A DNA stretch of 55,299 nucleotides from a virus (lineage: Duplodnaviria; Caudoviricetes): the IMG/VR virus record IMGVR_UViG_3300025138_010082, positions 1-55,299 of that record; one strand, written 5' to 3'. A program made the translations under genes and the position numbers. The notes below the pieces were generated by a model. The model was not told where the DNA came from, made no database searches, and worked only from the letters and a program-made list of their open reading frames with translations. The stretch's first letter is position 1. Each line of letters opens with the position of its first letter. This document shows, in pieces, positions 1 to 9,206 of this stretch.

Positions 1-951
1 ATAACCTACATCCTTACGTAACATAAATCCTTCCCAATTGTTGTCAGTTGCCATTTGATTCCATATGTCAAAATGTCTACCATCTGAAACAACTGCTTGA
101 TCTAAATAACGTAACGTGTCTTTAGCCATCTGGCTAGCCATAGCATGTCTAGGTCCTAACCATGATCTTAATGTGTGTAATCTGTCTGATAGTATTTCTG
201 TTGACTTATTGTTTTCAAAGTCAGTTTTGTGAATCATATCGAACAACATAAATGTAGGGTTTTCAATTTGATGGTCTTTACGTCTAAGTTCTTTCATTAC
301 TGATTGAAAATCTTCATTACCATCTTTATCTATAATACAAATTTCACCATCAAATACAGTGTTAATAATGCCTGTTGCTTCAATAGCATATTTAATTTTA
401 TTTAATGTGGTAAATTCTTTACCCATTCTACTATACAATGTACATTTACCTTCAACGTCTACAACTGCTAAACAACGTACACCATCTAATTTTCTACTAG
501 CATACCATGTGTTATTCCAATCACATTTGCCTTCATAACTTTGTGCTAATGCAACGTTGAATGTTGGAATTAAATTAGGAAATGCTTTGTTAATTACTTT
601 AGCACCTGTTCTAGTTTTAAGATCTTTATCAATTATGTTATAAATTAAATTTTCGTATTGTTTATTTTCTAAAATAAATCTATTAATGTTAGCAATTGAA
701 TTATGTCCTGTAGTAACTCTATTAGTTAAATCATCTAATAATGTAAATATACTACCATAAGTGTTAGAATGACCAAGTAAGTCGTTATTTTTCTTACATG
801 CCTTACTAGTAACATAATATTGTTTGTAAGGGTTGTAAGTGTACTCAAGTACCTTTTGTATAAAGTCTGATTGTTTTTTTAGTATTTCTACTTTATCTAA
901 GCTACTGGATGTAGCTCTCATTTGTTCAACAAATTCCTTTAGTTCTTGCAT
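1..951 (-). CDS. lig: ATP-dependent DNA ligase (partial, runs off the left edge)
   Basis: Not in the ORF track. Manual translation from ATG at 951 (MQELKEFVEQMRATSS...) stays open to base 1 and contains motif I SRKLDGVRC, YSR, FDGEI, FMCFD and motif IV WEGFMLRK. Confidence 0.93.
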   Translation of the reverse strand, partial: MQELKEFVEQMRATSSSLDKVEILKKQSDFIQKVLEYTYNPYKQYYVTSKACKKNNDLLGHSNTYGSIFTLLDDLTNRVTTGHNSIANINRFILENKQYENLIYNIIDKDLKTRTGAKVINKAFPNLIPTFNVALAQSYEGKCDWNNTWYASRKLDGVRCLAVVDVEGKCTLYSRMGKEFTTLNKIKYAIEATGIINTVFDGEICIIDKDGNEDFQSVMKELRRKDHQIENPTFMLFDMIHKTDFENNKSTEILSDRLHTLRSWLGPRHAMASQMAKDTLRYLDQAVVSDGRHFDIWNQMATDNNWEGFMLRKDVGY

Positions 952-974
952 ATTCGTATTTTATATTATACGTC

Positions 975-1003
975 AAGATACGAAGAAAATGTTGCTTCTC
1001 CAA
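975..1003 (-). promoter_or_regulatory. Putative promoter TTGG-N15-TTCGTATCTT upstream of ligase
   Basis: One of four copies with identical 15-nt spacing; resembles the Bacteroidota -33 (TTTG) / -7 (TAnnTTTG) architecture. Confidence 0.75.
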
Positions 1004-1033
1004 GTTTGTTTGTAGAAGTCTTTAATTTTTATT

Positions 1034-1531
1034 TTATATGTCTTTATACATTTCAGGATCAATTGGTTCTGTATCTAAAGCTACTTTTAAATTACGTTTT
1101 TGCCAATCATATGAAACCTCATCTTTATTTATGGGCCCACCTGCTGCCCAAGTATTACAACTTCTAGCTGAATGACATTTAAAATGATGCATCCAACAAT
1201 ATCCTAAAACACCATCTTTATCTTCTACAGGCTCTGAAGCAATAGCAGGTATACATTTTTCTACCATTCTCGGAGAAACGTCAAATGCTACACAATTACC
1301 ACATCTAGATTTTTTAGCAGCTTCAACTGATGTGTCCCATTTTTTAGCTATTTGCATCCAATAATCACCTGGTTCTTCTACATTTAGAGGACCATATTTA
1401 ATAAAATCAGCTTGTATTGCTCTGTCACGGTTAGCAGTGTTTAAACCTACATTTTGTGTGGGAGCAGGACATTCTTTGACTTTATCCTCTAATGCTTCTC
1501 TAATAATTTGTCTTAATTCTGCTTTTTTCAT
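1034..1531 (-). CDS. Cys/His-rich hypothetical phage protein, possibly virion-associated
   Basis: ORF track; CGNC, CWMHHFKC and SC motifs; N-terminal LRQIIRE amphipathic motif. Confidence 0.6.
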   Translation of the reverse strand: MKKAELRQIIREALEDKVKECPAPTQNVGLNTANRDRAIQADFIKYGPLNVEEPGDYWMQIAKKWDTSVEAAKKSRCGNCVAFDVSPRMVEKCIPAIASEPVEDKDGVLGYCWMHHFKCHSARSCNTWAAGGPINKDEVSYDWQKRNLKVALDTEPIDPEMYKDI

Positions 1532-1537
1532 AAGTTT

Positions 1538-1816
1538 CTATTTTACAATAACATTAACTACTATGCCATTTTTACCTTGTGCATATGAAATATGTACAGT
1601 GTTTACTCTTAAAGCCATTTGGCACGTGTCACCTTCTTCTATATAATAAGAATATTTAGTAATTCTAGAATTTGCAAAATAATCTAAAAGTTCAGGAGTA
1701 TGTTTAGTTGTTTCAAAGTTGTGATTAATTGTTGAAGTTGCATTTTTAGTTTGTTTACATGAATTTATACATAAAGATAATCCACATAACATTAATATAA
1801 GATTTAGTCGTTTCAT
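1538..1816 (-). CDS. Putative lipoprotein
   Basis: MKR plus hydrophobic stretch plus lipobox-like INS-C followed by KQTK. Confidence 0.55.
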   Translation of the reverse strand: MKRLNLILMLCGLSLCINSCKQTKNATSTINHNFETTKHTPELLDYFANSRITKYSYYIEEGDTCQMALRVNTVHISYAQGKNGIVVNVIVK

Positions 1817-1821
1817 TTTAT

Positions 1822-2433
1822 TTATTTTACTGATCTACTACCTTGACATTTCCATTTTTTTCTAGATAATGTGTTTGCACAAGGTGGGTTTTTACATTTT
1901 TTAATCTTAGCTGAACGAGCACAATATGCATTGCCTTTAGCTGTTCCTGGTCTTATACGATCGCCTCCTTTTTTAGCTTTACCTGCTTGACCATAAGACA
2001 CAGTTCTAGTTCTACCTGTCTTTGGGTTTTTTACTTTTTTAGCAAAACGTTTACCTTTAGCAGGTTTTGTTTTTGCTTCTTTAGCTATTTTTTCAACTTC
2101 TTCTTTAATAATTTCTTCTATTTTAGCAGCACATTTAGGACAGTATTCTTCATTTTCATGTAATGCATCTATTTCTTCATATACTTCATCTACCTTACCA
2201 CCTTTAGTAACATGTTTTTTAAGTAAATGTTTTAAACTTACTGTAAATTCTGTGTCGTCTTCTGATTCTACTTCGTCTATTTCTTCACCTTCACCTTGCA
2301 TTTGACCTTTACACACTTTAACTGCTCTACCCGACAAGTAAGCTGATGATTTTTCACCCGCCGCCATACGTTTAGCACGGTATGCTTTGCCTTTTTTACA
2401 AAGTTCTTCAAATAAATGATCTTCTCTTTCCAT
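1822..2433 (-). CDS. Hypothetical protein, basic termini with acidic linker
   Basis: ORF track; K/R-rich C-terminal domain (KNPKTGRTRTVSYGQAG...AYCARS). Confidence 0.6.
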   Translation of the reverse strand: MEREDHLFEELCKKGKAYRAKRMAAGEKSSAYLSGRAVKVCKGQMQGEGEEIDEVESEDDTEFTVSLKHLLKKHVTKGGKVDEVYEEIDALHENEEYCPKCAAKIEEIIKEEVEKIAKEAKTKPAKGKRFAKKVKNPKTGRTRTVSYGQAGKAKKGGDRIRPGTAKGNAYCARSAKIKKCKNPPCANTLSRKKWKCQGSRSVK

Positions 2434-2876
2434 TATTTCTTTAATTTTACTTTTGCTGCTTTTGTGTTTGAAACAAATTGTTTATTACTTTTAGTCTTTT
2501 TCCTTGATGTAGCTGCTCGTTGTTTCTTTGTAAGTGATTTAGCTTTAGCTGCAGGTAAACATCGTTGTGTCTTTTTACCTTTGGGCATTGTACCACAATC
2601 ACCTTTAATGTTTCCTTGTGTGTCTATACGCTTCCATTTTTCTTTTTTAAACCAGTTACGTAGATTTTCTCTAACATACTCTCTAATTTTTTTATCTTTA
2701 GAGTATCCATTTGTGTTTAACCATTCTTCTACTTCTTTATCTTTATTTTGAGAAAGTAATGTTTGAAGATCTCTATATTGTTGGTGTCCAAAATTATTTT
2801 GGATTGCATCCTTAAATTGTGTTAGATAATCATGTACACCATATTCTACCTCTAAAAGACTTTTTAGTTTTGTCAT
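2433..2876 (-). CDS. Basic hypothetical phage protein (LRNWFKKEKW...CG...CLP domain)
   Basis: ORF track; start/stop overlap with both neighbours. Confidence 0.6.
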   Translation of the reverse strand: MTKLKSLLEVEYGVHDYLTQFKDAIQNNFGHQQYRDLQTLLSQNKDKEVEEWLNTNGYSKDKKIREYVRENLRNWFKKEKWKRIDTQGNIKGDCGTMPKGKKTQRCLPAAKAKSLTKKQRAATSRKKTKSNKQFVSNTKAAKVKLKK

Positions 2877-4309
2877 TATCCTAAAGTTGAATCTAAAGCG
2901 TTTTTTAGTTCTTTTATAAATGGTTCATAGTTTTGAACACCATAATCATCTATTAATACTTGTGCTACCCCTTTAGCAAATTCTCTGTATGACATGTTAG
3001 GGTCAATAGACATAATAGCTGTGTTAATTAATTTAGCTAATTTAGGGTTAGTTGCTTTATTAAAAGCATCATTACCCATCATTGATTTTAGTCTATAATC
3101 AAAATTATCATTTTCACTTAATTTTGCTATTTCTTTTTGAATTAATTTTCTAAACATACCTCTTGTACGATCATCTGCGGACATACCTCTAGTTCCACCT
3201 GGTGTGTTACCTGGTTTTCCGTTAGGACCATACCCACAAGAACCTTCATTTACTTTAAACTGTCGTGATAATTTTTCCCAAGAATAATTTTGATCAACCC
3301 AACCTTGTAATCTTTCTTCATCAAAATCTTTTTTAAATTTACCCGCTTTATTAAGAGCTATTAACATATCTAATTTCTTAGTAGTACGCTCATTCCATTC
3401 TTTATTTCCAATTTCTTTTTCTGCTTTTCTACTTACGTCTATAGCATTCCATTTGTCTTCTGATTCATTCATCATTTTTTCTAGTGATTCTCCAAAATTT
3501 GATGATTGAGTACCACCTTGAGGTTTAATTAAATCACCAGCATAAGCCATAAGATGTTTTATTTTTCCAAATACAGGTGTACCTTTAAGTTCTCCAGTTT
3601 CAATGTCAATTACTCTATATTTAGCTCTTCCGGGTTTGTCTTGGTAAGTTGGGGTTATTTTTTCTAATTCAAATCTATATCCATTACTGTGTCTAGATGT
3701 AAGTTCTTTAGGCCATTCACCCATTTCTTCATTTAATGATTCATCAACTGCTTGATAGTATCCTTCTTTTGAGTATAAATCCTCGTAGTAGAAATGCATA
3801 GTCATTCCACTTTTACCAATTGTTGGGAAATTAACTCTAACACCATCATACTCAGTTTTTAATACTTTTCCTTTATGACCTTTGTATCTAACTTCATCTC
3901 CTACGGAAATTTTAACTGAAATAATGTTTCCATCACGCTCAATTTCTATTTCATCTTCATCACCTCCTTCGCCTTCAGAAGAGTATTCATTCATATCATA
4001 ATCATCTAATTTACTTTGCATGTCAGCTAATTTGGCTTCTGCTTTGTTAAGTAAATCACCATACATATCAGCTATGGGACCGCCCTCTGGCTCAGCTTCT
4101 TGTTCCATATCAATGTATATTTGTTTAATTTCATCTTTTAAATCAGCTATTTCACCTCTAAGATACATGGCTTCATTACCATCTATTCTGTTTGCTTTTC
4201 TTTTAGCTTCTTTATCCGCTTTCATTTGAGATGCTCTTGCTCTCATCATAACTGGATCATTCATGTCCATTTCTTCTAAAGGAACTAAATTTATTAATGA
4301 TAACTTCAT
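2876..4309 (-). CDS. Large acidic modular protein, possibly capsid-internal
   Basis: 477 aa; modules separated by xNE motifs (DMNE, SLNE, MMNE, KVNE). Confidence 0.55.
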   Translation of the reverse strand: MKLSLINLVPLEEMDMNDPVMMRARASQMKADKEAKRKANRIDGNEAMYLRGEIADLKDEIKQIYIDMEQEAEPEGGPIADMYGDLLNKAEAKLADMQSKLDDYDMNEYSSEGEGGDEDEIEIERDGNIISVKISVGDEVRYKGHKGKVLKTEYDGVRVNFPTIGKSGMTMHFYYEDLYSKEGYYQAVDESLNEEMGEWPKELTSRHSNGYRFELEKITPTYQDKPGRAKYRVIDIETGELKGTPVFGKIKHLMAYAGDLIKPQGGTQSSNFGESLEKMMNESEDKWNAIDVSRKAEKEIGNKEWNERTTKKLDMLIALNKAGKFKKDFDEERLQGWVDQNYSWEKLSRQFKVNEGSCGYGPNGKPGNTPGGTRGMSADDRTRGMFRKLIQKEIAKLSENDNFDYRLKSMMGNDAFNKATNPKLAKLINTAIMSIDPNMSYREFAKGVAQVLIDDYGVQNYEPFIKELKNALDSTLG

Positions 4310-4311
4310 AA

Positions 4312-4839
4312 TTATTTTTTTAAAGTTTTTCTAATTAAAGATCTTAATTTTTGCTCATCTAGTGATGCAACAACTCCTTCTTCTCTTTCTTCTCTTTCCT
4401 TTTTTTCTTCATTTGTTTTATCCTCCCAATGTTCTATAAAGTCTTTAATGTCATCATTAAACATTTCCCACTTATTTTTATCGTCTTGATATTTTTTACT
4501 TTGCCAACTATCATAAGTACGTTGTAATTGAATTAACCATTTAGGTGTGTCTATTTCTTGTTGTGTTGGAGCTTCTGTTATTAAGTCTGCTAATTTCATG
4601 ATTTTTCTTTCTGTTAATGCTTCATCCGCACCTATAGCTCGGACTCCCTCTTTATCTAGTAATTTTGCTATATCGCTAAAGGCTTTTTCATCTGTGTCAG
4701 GAAAACTAAATATGTAAAAATCATCATCTTGTTTTTTTACTTCAAATTCTATAGATTGGCCATCTTTAGCTTGTGCTTCATACCCTAAAACTTGGGTAGC
4801 TCGTCTATAGTCTCTTTTTGGTATTCCTAATGTAAACAT
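4312..4839 (-). CDS. Hypothetical protein
   Basis: ORF track; ends in KLRSLIRKTLKK; preceded by ATATTTATA motif. Confidence 0.6.
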   Translation of the reverse strand: MFTLGIPKRDYRRATQVLGYEAQAKDGQSIEFEVKKQDDDFYIFSFPDTDEKAFSDIAKLLDKEGVRAIGADEALTERKIMKLADLITEAPTQQEIDTPKWLIQLQRTYDSWQSKKYQDDKNKWEMFNDDIKDFIEHWEDKTNEEKKEREEREEGVVASLDEQKLRSLIRKTLKK

Positions 4840-4852
4840 TTTGTTTATTTGT

Positions 4853-4861
4853 TATAAATAT
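4853..4861 (-). promoter_or_regulatory. Putative late-promoter motif ATATTTATA
   Basis: ATAT[TG]TATA also at 5457-5465, 8181-8189, 9433-9441 and 31538-31546, each shortly upstream of a start codon; short and AT-rich, so chance matches are possible. Confidence 0.45.
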
Positions 4862-4892
4862 AAAAAAGGATTGGTTCCTCAAACCAACCCTT
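4862..4892 (-). terminator. Rho-independent terminator downstream of hsp20
   Basis: Minus strand GGGTTGGTT-TGAGG-AACCAATCC followed by TTTTTT. Confidence 0.75.
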
Positions 4893-4956
4893 AATTACTT
4901 AAGTGGACATAACCTATTTATTTAACGAGGATATAATTGACTGATCTTATTAAAAC

Positions 4957-5382
4957 TTACTTGATTGAAACTGATTTTGGTTTGCTTTCAGGTTGAAGGG
5001 GGATAAAAAGTTTTAATAACCCATCCTTCATTGAAGCCTCAATTTTTGGCAATTCAAATCGTCTAGCGATTTTCCATCCTAAATTAAAACTACGTTTTGC
5101 AATACCTGAATGATGAATGTGACGATTTTCATCGTTTTTATTATCTTTTTTAGTATATGATACTAGTAAAACATCATCTTCGACTTTAATATCGATTTGT
5201 TTTTTAGTTAAGCCAGTGCAGGCTATGTCAAAATACAAACCATCAGGGTCTTCGTAGACGTCTAAGGGGTGATTTAAAATTCTATTTGTTGGTGTTTGAA
5301 ATTGTTCTTCTGCTTGGAAGAAATTTTTGACTAGTATGTCAAAAGGTGAAAATTGTTTGTTTTCTAAAAATAATGTTCCCAT
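4957..5382 (-). CDS. hsp20: Hsp20/alpha-crystallin small heat-shock protein
   Basis: PLDVYE, GIAKRSF, ASMKDGLLKLFIP motifs. Confidence 0.93.
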   Translation of the reverse strand: MGTLFLENKQFSPFDILVKNFFQAEEQFQTPTNRILNHPLDVYEDPDGLYFDIACTGLTKKQIDIKVEDDVLLVSYTKKDNKNDENRHIHHSGIAKRSFNLGWKIARRFELPKIEASMKDGLLKLFIPLQPESKPKSVSIK

Positions 5383-5467
5383 TGGTAAACTGTTTTTAAT
5401 TAATAATTCTAAAATTTATTGTTGTTGATCGTCCTAAGATCGATCAGTCAATCAGATATACATATAA

Positions 5468-5812
5468 TTACTTCCAAAAAACCTGAATACAAACTAAGGC
5501 AATTGCTAATACTAAACTTACTAGCACTTTAGGTGTAATACCTTCACCCATATAATAGTTGGTTAGTACAGTAAAGGAAATAATACCTAATGCAAATCCT
5601 AATAACCTACCAGGCCAAAGTAATTCGTCAAAAGCTACAAATGCATATCTAGAAGCATAAATGTAACCTAAACTAATAGGTACACCTGCTAAACTTAATA
5701 TAAAAGGGTTATTTTTACACCACTCCCAAACAAATTGTCCATTAGTTTGAAACCAAACTGCTGTTTGTGTTATTAAAAATATTAACACACTGTATAATAA
5801 TGCTCTACTCAA
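5468..5812 (-). CDS. Small four-helix membrane protein (SMR/DMT-like)
   Basis: Four hydrophobic segments in 114 aa; GE-x-I-T before the last helix. Confidence 0.55.
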   Translation of the reverse strand: MSRALLYSVLIFLITQTAVWFQTNGQFVWEWCKNNPFILSLAGVPISLGYIYASRYAFVAFDELLWPGRLLGFALGIISFTVLTNYYMGEGITPKVLVSLVLAIALVCIQVFWK

Positions 5813-6173
5813 AATCTTTTGTCATTTTTTTCATGACTTTATCGTCACTAAATTTATTACTATTTCTGTCTACAACGTGGTATGATTTAATTGCTATCTC
5901 CGTTTTAAGCCAAGCTTCTACCACTGTACTTGAATGGGGTATTGTTGTAACTTTATTTAGGGCTGCATTAAAACCATATAAATCGCTTTCATCTTCAAAA
6001 TCATAAGCCTTTATAGCTTGGCTAATTTGTAAATTATTTATGTCACGGCCATTTTTAGTGGCAACAAAATATTTACCATTTGAGTCTATTACAGTGTGGG
6101 CACCTGGATATTTTTTAATAATCCCTTTTTTAGCTTTTTCAAAGCGCTCTTGTGATATATTTTCTACATTCAT
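5805..6173 (-). CDS. Hypothetical protein
   Basis: ORF track; overlaps neighbours. Confidence 0.6.
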   Translation of the reverse strand: MNVENISQERFEKAKKGIIKKYPGAHTVIDSNGKYFVATKNGRDINNLQISQAIKAYDFEDESDLYGFNAALNKVTTIPHSSTVVEAWLKTEIAIKSYHVVDRNSNKFSDDKVMKKMTKDFE

Positions 6174-6427
6174 ATGAGGGGGTTGTTTTTAAAATGTTCT
6201 TCTGCATCTAATTGTTCTTTATACAATTGTTCTTTGTCAACATTAGTCAAACTATTCCACCAATCGTCCCACTCTTTACTTGTCTCTTCCATTGTAACTG
6301 GTTTAGAAGGTGGAGTTAATGATTTAAGATATTCATGATACTGCCAATCGTCATCAACAAAGGCATTAACTGCTTCATTAATTAAATGTTCTTGTTCTTC
6401 GATAAATTTGTTTTTCATTTTACCCAT
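6170..6427 (-). CDS. Hypothetical acidic, Trp-rich protein
   Basis: ORF track; directly downstream of a promoter motif. Confidence 0.6.
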   Translation of the reverse strand: MGKMKNKFIEEQEHLINEAVNAFVDDDWQYHEYLKSLTPPSKPVTMEETSKEWDDWWNSLTNVDKEQLYKEQLDAEEHFKNNPLI

Positions 6428-6452
6428 AATTTTCCCTTTTTGATTATGGTAT

Positions 6453-6481
6453 AATATACGAAGATTATTTTAAATAACCAA
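6453..6481 (-). promoter_or_regulatory. Putative promoter TTGG-N15-TTCGTATATT
   Basis: Second copy of the fixed-spacing motif, in an intergenic gap. Confidence 0.75.
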
Positions 6482-6486
6482 ATTTT

Positions 6487-7122
6487 TTACGTAAAGTCTA
6501 TAAATTCTTCTCCATCTTCCTTTTCGTCCCACAATCCGAGACCTTTAAGATGTTCAATGTGTGATGCGTCCATTTCCCAATCTGGTTCTGGATCGTTGTT
6601 GAATTTATTCTTTTGATTGTAATCTTCCATTTGTTGTAGTTGATTATCGCTCCACACGTTACCAACATTTAAAAAATAACAGTTGTAACATAACAATTCA
6701 AGATTTTCTAACTTCCAATTTTTTGCGTTTCCGTCAATAAAATTTAGTATTAACGGTACCTTATAGTCAACCACTCTACGTTCGTTAAATCCACAGCTAT
6801 TGCATTCTTCTGCGATTAAAGATTCGTGTATAAGTCGCTCTTTTATGTCTTTAGGGCTATAATTTGACACATCAACTCTACCTTCTAAGATGTCCATTAT
6901 AGGTGTAAGGTCTTTCTTTTTATATAAATGTTTTGAAATGCCTCTACCCTGTCTGTTTAAATGTGCGTCAAACAATGTTTGACCTTCCTCGTTTTTGTAT
7001 AATTTAGCGTATTGTTTATAATGGGGATATGAACAACCTAAATAACGAGCAGCAGACATGTTTGACTTAGTGTGCTTCATAGCACGTTCAACCATGTCCT
7101 TACTTATTATCTTTTTTTTCAT
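6487..7122 (-). CDS. HTH plus HNH-like zinc-finger protein
   Basis: SMSAARYLGCSY-type HTH; CNSC...LNFIDGNAKNWKLENLELLCYNC HNH-like fold. Confidence 0.7.
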   Translation of the reverse strand: MKKKIISKDMVERAMKHTKSNMSAARYLGCSYPHYKQYAKLYKNEEGQTLFDAHLNRQGRGISKHLYKKKDLTPIMDILEGRVDVSNYSPKDIKERLIHESLIAEECNSCGFNERRVVDYKVPLILNFIDGNAKNWKLENLELLCYNCYFLNVGNVWSDNQLQQMEDYNQKNKFNNDPEPDWEMDASHIEHLKGLGLWDEKEDGEEFIDFT

Positions 7123-7522
7123 CTTTATGGATTTGGATTAAATCCCAAACATCTTCTGGTGTGTCACTAGGTATTTCTTCTTCAGTGTCTTTATCAGTTA
7201 AAATTAAGATTTCGCCTGTGGGGAGGAATTTATCATACAACCACCAATTTACTATATTTTGTTGTTCTTGGGTATAATGTAATTTAAGTAGATTTTCTAT
7301 GGTTACATAAAAGGGATCATCATAAGTCATCATATCAATTTTATAATCATGTTTCATACCCATAGTTCTACCATTTACAAATTGTAAATTTTGAAGTATT
7401 TCACAAAATAATTGTTTTTCTTTTGATATTTTAGAAGGTAGTTTTTTTCTTAAACTGCTTTTAGTGCCTAAAACTTCATCAATGTATGATTTTATTTTAT
7501 CAACGTTTTCTTCTTTTGACAT
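7100..7522 (-). CDS. Hypothetical protein
   Basis: ORF track. Confidence 0.6.
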   Translation of the reverse strand: MSKEENVDKIKSYIDEVLGTKSSLRKKLPSKISKEKQLFCEILQNLQFVNGRTMGMKHDYKIDMMTYDDPFYVTIENLLKLHYTQEQQNIVNWWLYDKFLPTGEILILTDKDTEEEIPSDTPEDVWDLIQIHKDEKKDNK

Positions 7523-7534
7523 AACCTTTTATTT

Positions 7535-8155
7535 TTAAGCTATATCATTACTTTCAAGTAAAGTATAACTAAATGAATTACCATGAATTTCTCTTGCTGA
7601 CTGACAAATGTCTAAAAATGTGTGCCAATCATCATTGTCAGCAATTACTTGACAACCTGCAGACCATTTGTCTACTCTTGTAGATTTACCACCTGCTCTG
7701 CCAGTTGCTCTGTGAATGTTAATTCCAAATAAGCCTGTGTCTGTTTTTGATTCATTTAAATCATATTTGTTATCACGATTATTGTCTCTATAAACTGTAA
7801 CTTCTTTCTTTTGACCTAAAGCTAAGTATTTACCTGCGTGTAATCTTAATTTATGTGAACCTCTATATTGATTTGGTTTTAATATAGCAACACCTTTTTT
7901 ATTTAATACATTTTTCACCCAATGTGAACCAGGGTCTGTAGTACAAGGAAAACAATGAAATTGCCATTCACCATCTGTTTTATAAGACACAGTAATACAA
8001 TCATCAAATGCATTAGTTACTCTACCTTTTGTTTCTGAATTTCTAACTCCTATAATATTAACATCATATCCTTTATCATTGTTGTCTTCAAACCATTTGT
8101 ATCCTTTTTCTTTAACAGTAGTTTCTATCTGTTCTCTTGTATAACATGTTTTCAT
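7535..8155 (-). CDS. Putative endolysin, L,D-transpeptidase/peptidase (YkuD-like) fold
   Basis: GINIH...WSAGCQV matches the H-Xn-SxGC catalytic signature. Confidence 0.6.
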   Translation of the reverse strand: MKTCYTREQIETTVKEKGYKWFEDNNDKGYDVNIIGVRNSETKGRVTNAFDDCITVSYKTDGEWQFHCFPCTTDPGSHWVKNVLNKKGVAILKPNQYRGSHKLRLHAGKYLALGQKKEVTVYRDNNRDNKYDLNESKTDTGLFGINIHRATGRAGGKSTRVDKWSAGCQVIADNDDWHTFLDICQSAREIHGNSFSYTLLESNDIA

Positions 8156-8159
8156 TTAT

Positions 8160-8318
8160 TTATTTTTTTATTTCAGTTACTATAAATATATTTTTAAATT
8201 TCTTTATAGGCATTTGTTTTACACTTGCAAAATATTTTGTTGCCATTTCTAGTGTTTCTTGGTGGGTTAAATGGATTAAATCTTTTCCATTTTTAAGAAA
8301 CATTCCATATTTTGTCAT
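8160..8318 (-). CDS. Small hypothetical protein (52 aa, MTKYGMFLKNG...)
   Basis: Manual translation; fills the gap, ATG overlaps the upstream stop. Confidence 0.55.
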   Translation of the reverse strand: MTKYGMFLKNGKDLIHLTHQETLEMATKYFASVKQMPIKKFKNIFIVTEIKK

Positions 8319-8587
8319 AACTTGTTTATTAAATCTCTTATTTTAGAGCATTGTTCATATTCTTCTTTTTCAATGTAATATTCTATAGCTTTTTCTAAAC
8401 CAACCTTCCATTCAGATTTAGGGACATTTAATATTATGTCTGTGTGTTCTATTTCTGCTATATTTACTGATTCTAAATTGTCTTTTACCCCTTCAGCTAT
8501 GTTTGCCACTAATGTTTTCATCATTAATGGTTTTTTAGCTTTTGTTTCAAAATCTTCAAGTGATATGATTGGGATTTTTTTAGGCAT
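8315..8587 (-). CDS. Hypothetical protein with C-terminal UvrB/UvrC-like coiled-coil motif
   Basis: AIEYYIEKEEYEQCSKIRDLI. Confidence 0.55.
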   Translation of the reverse strand: MPKKIPIISLEDFETKAKKPLMMKTLVANIAEGVKDNLESVNIAEIEHTDIILNVPKSEWKVGLEKAIEYYIEKEEYEQCSKIRDLINKL

Positions 8588-8588
8588 A

Positions 8589-9206
8589 TTACATTATATT
8601 GTGTTTAGTTAAATAGCTTAAATATTTTTTAGCTTCTGGTTTAGATTTACCTGCTGTTTCCATATCTCTTATAATATTATTACCTGCATTGATAAAAGCA
8701 TAAAAATCATCTTTATTTACTATTTTAGAAGCTTCATTTAAATCACGAACTTTCATCTCATTAAGAATCATTTCATTAATTTCTTCTTCTTCTGGTTCAG
8801 GTGCTAGGGGGGCGTCAGGTGATGATGCTTCTCCTTGACCTAAACCTTCAATGATTAAAGCTTTTAATTGAGCTAGAGGAATAAAAAATCCTATTACTTC
8901 ATCTCTAGGTACATCAGTGTCTTTACTTACTTGAATTTTATATTTACTTAATCCCTCATTTAACTTTTCTTGTAAAGCAACTTCTAATTTAGCTTTAACA
9001 TCAGGATTCATTTGCATTCCTTCTTTAGGTTCAAATTGAATTTTAATACCCAATTTAGTTGGATTTTTGTTTACACCTGTTCTTAATGTAAATTTAGAAC
9101 CACCTGCGCTTACTTCTGTAGCTTCTTTAAGTTCTTCTTTAATTATATCTTTTATATCTTTCCAATTCATATTATTATTTTTTTGCGAATTTTTCTGCTC
9201 CCGCAA
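8589..9206 (-). CDS. Hypothetical protein, possibly virion (start may be 9170)
   Basis: IKDIIKEELKE and INE/LNE motifs. Confidence 0.55.
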   Translation of the reverse strand: MREQKNSQKNNNMNWKDIKDIIKEELKEATEVSAGGSKFTLRTGVNKNPTKLGIKIQFEPKEGMQMNPDVKAKLEVALQEKLNEGLSKYKIQVSKDTDVPRDEVIGFFIPLAQLKALIIEGLGQGEASSPDAPLAPEPEEEEINEMILNEMKVRDLNEASKIVNKDDFYAFINAGNNIIRDMETAGKSKPEAKKYLSYLTKHNIM

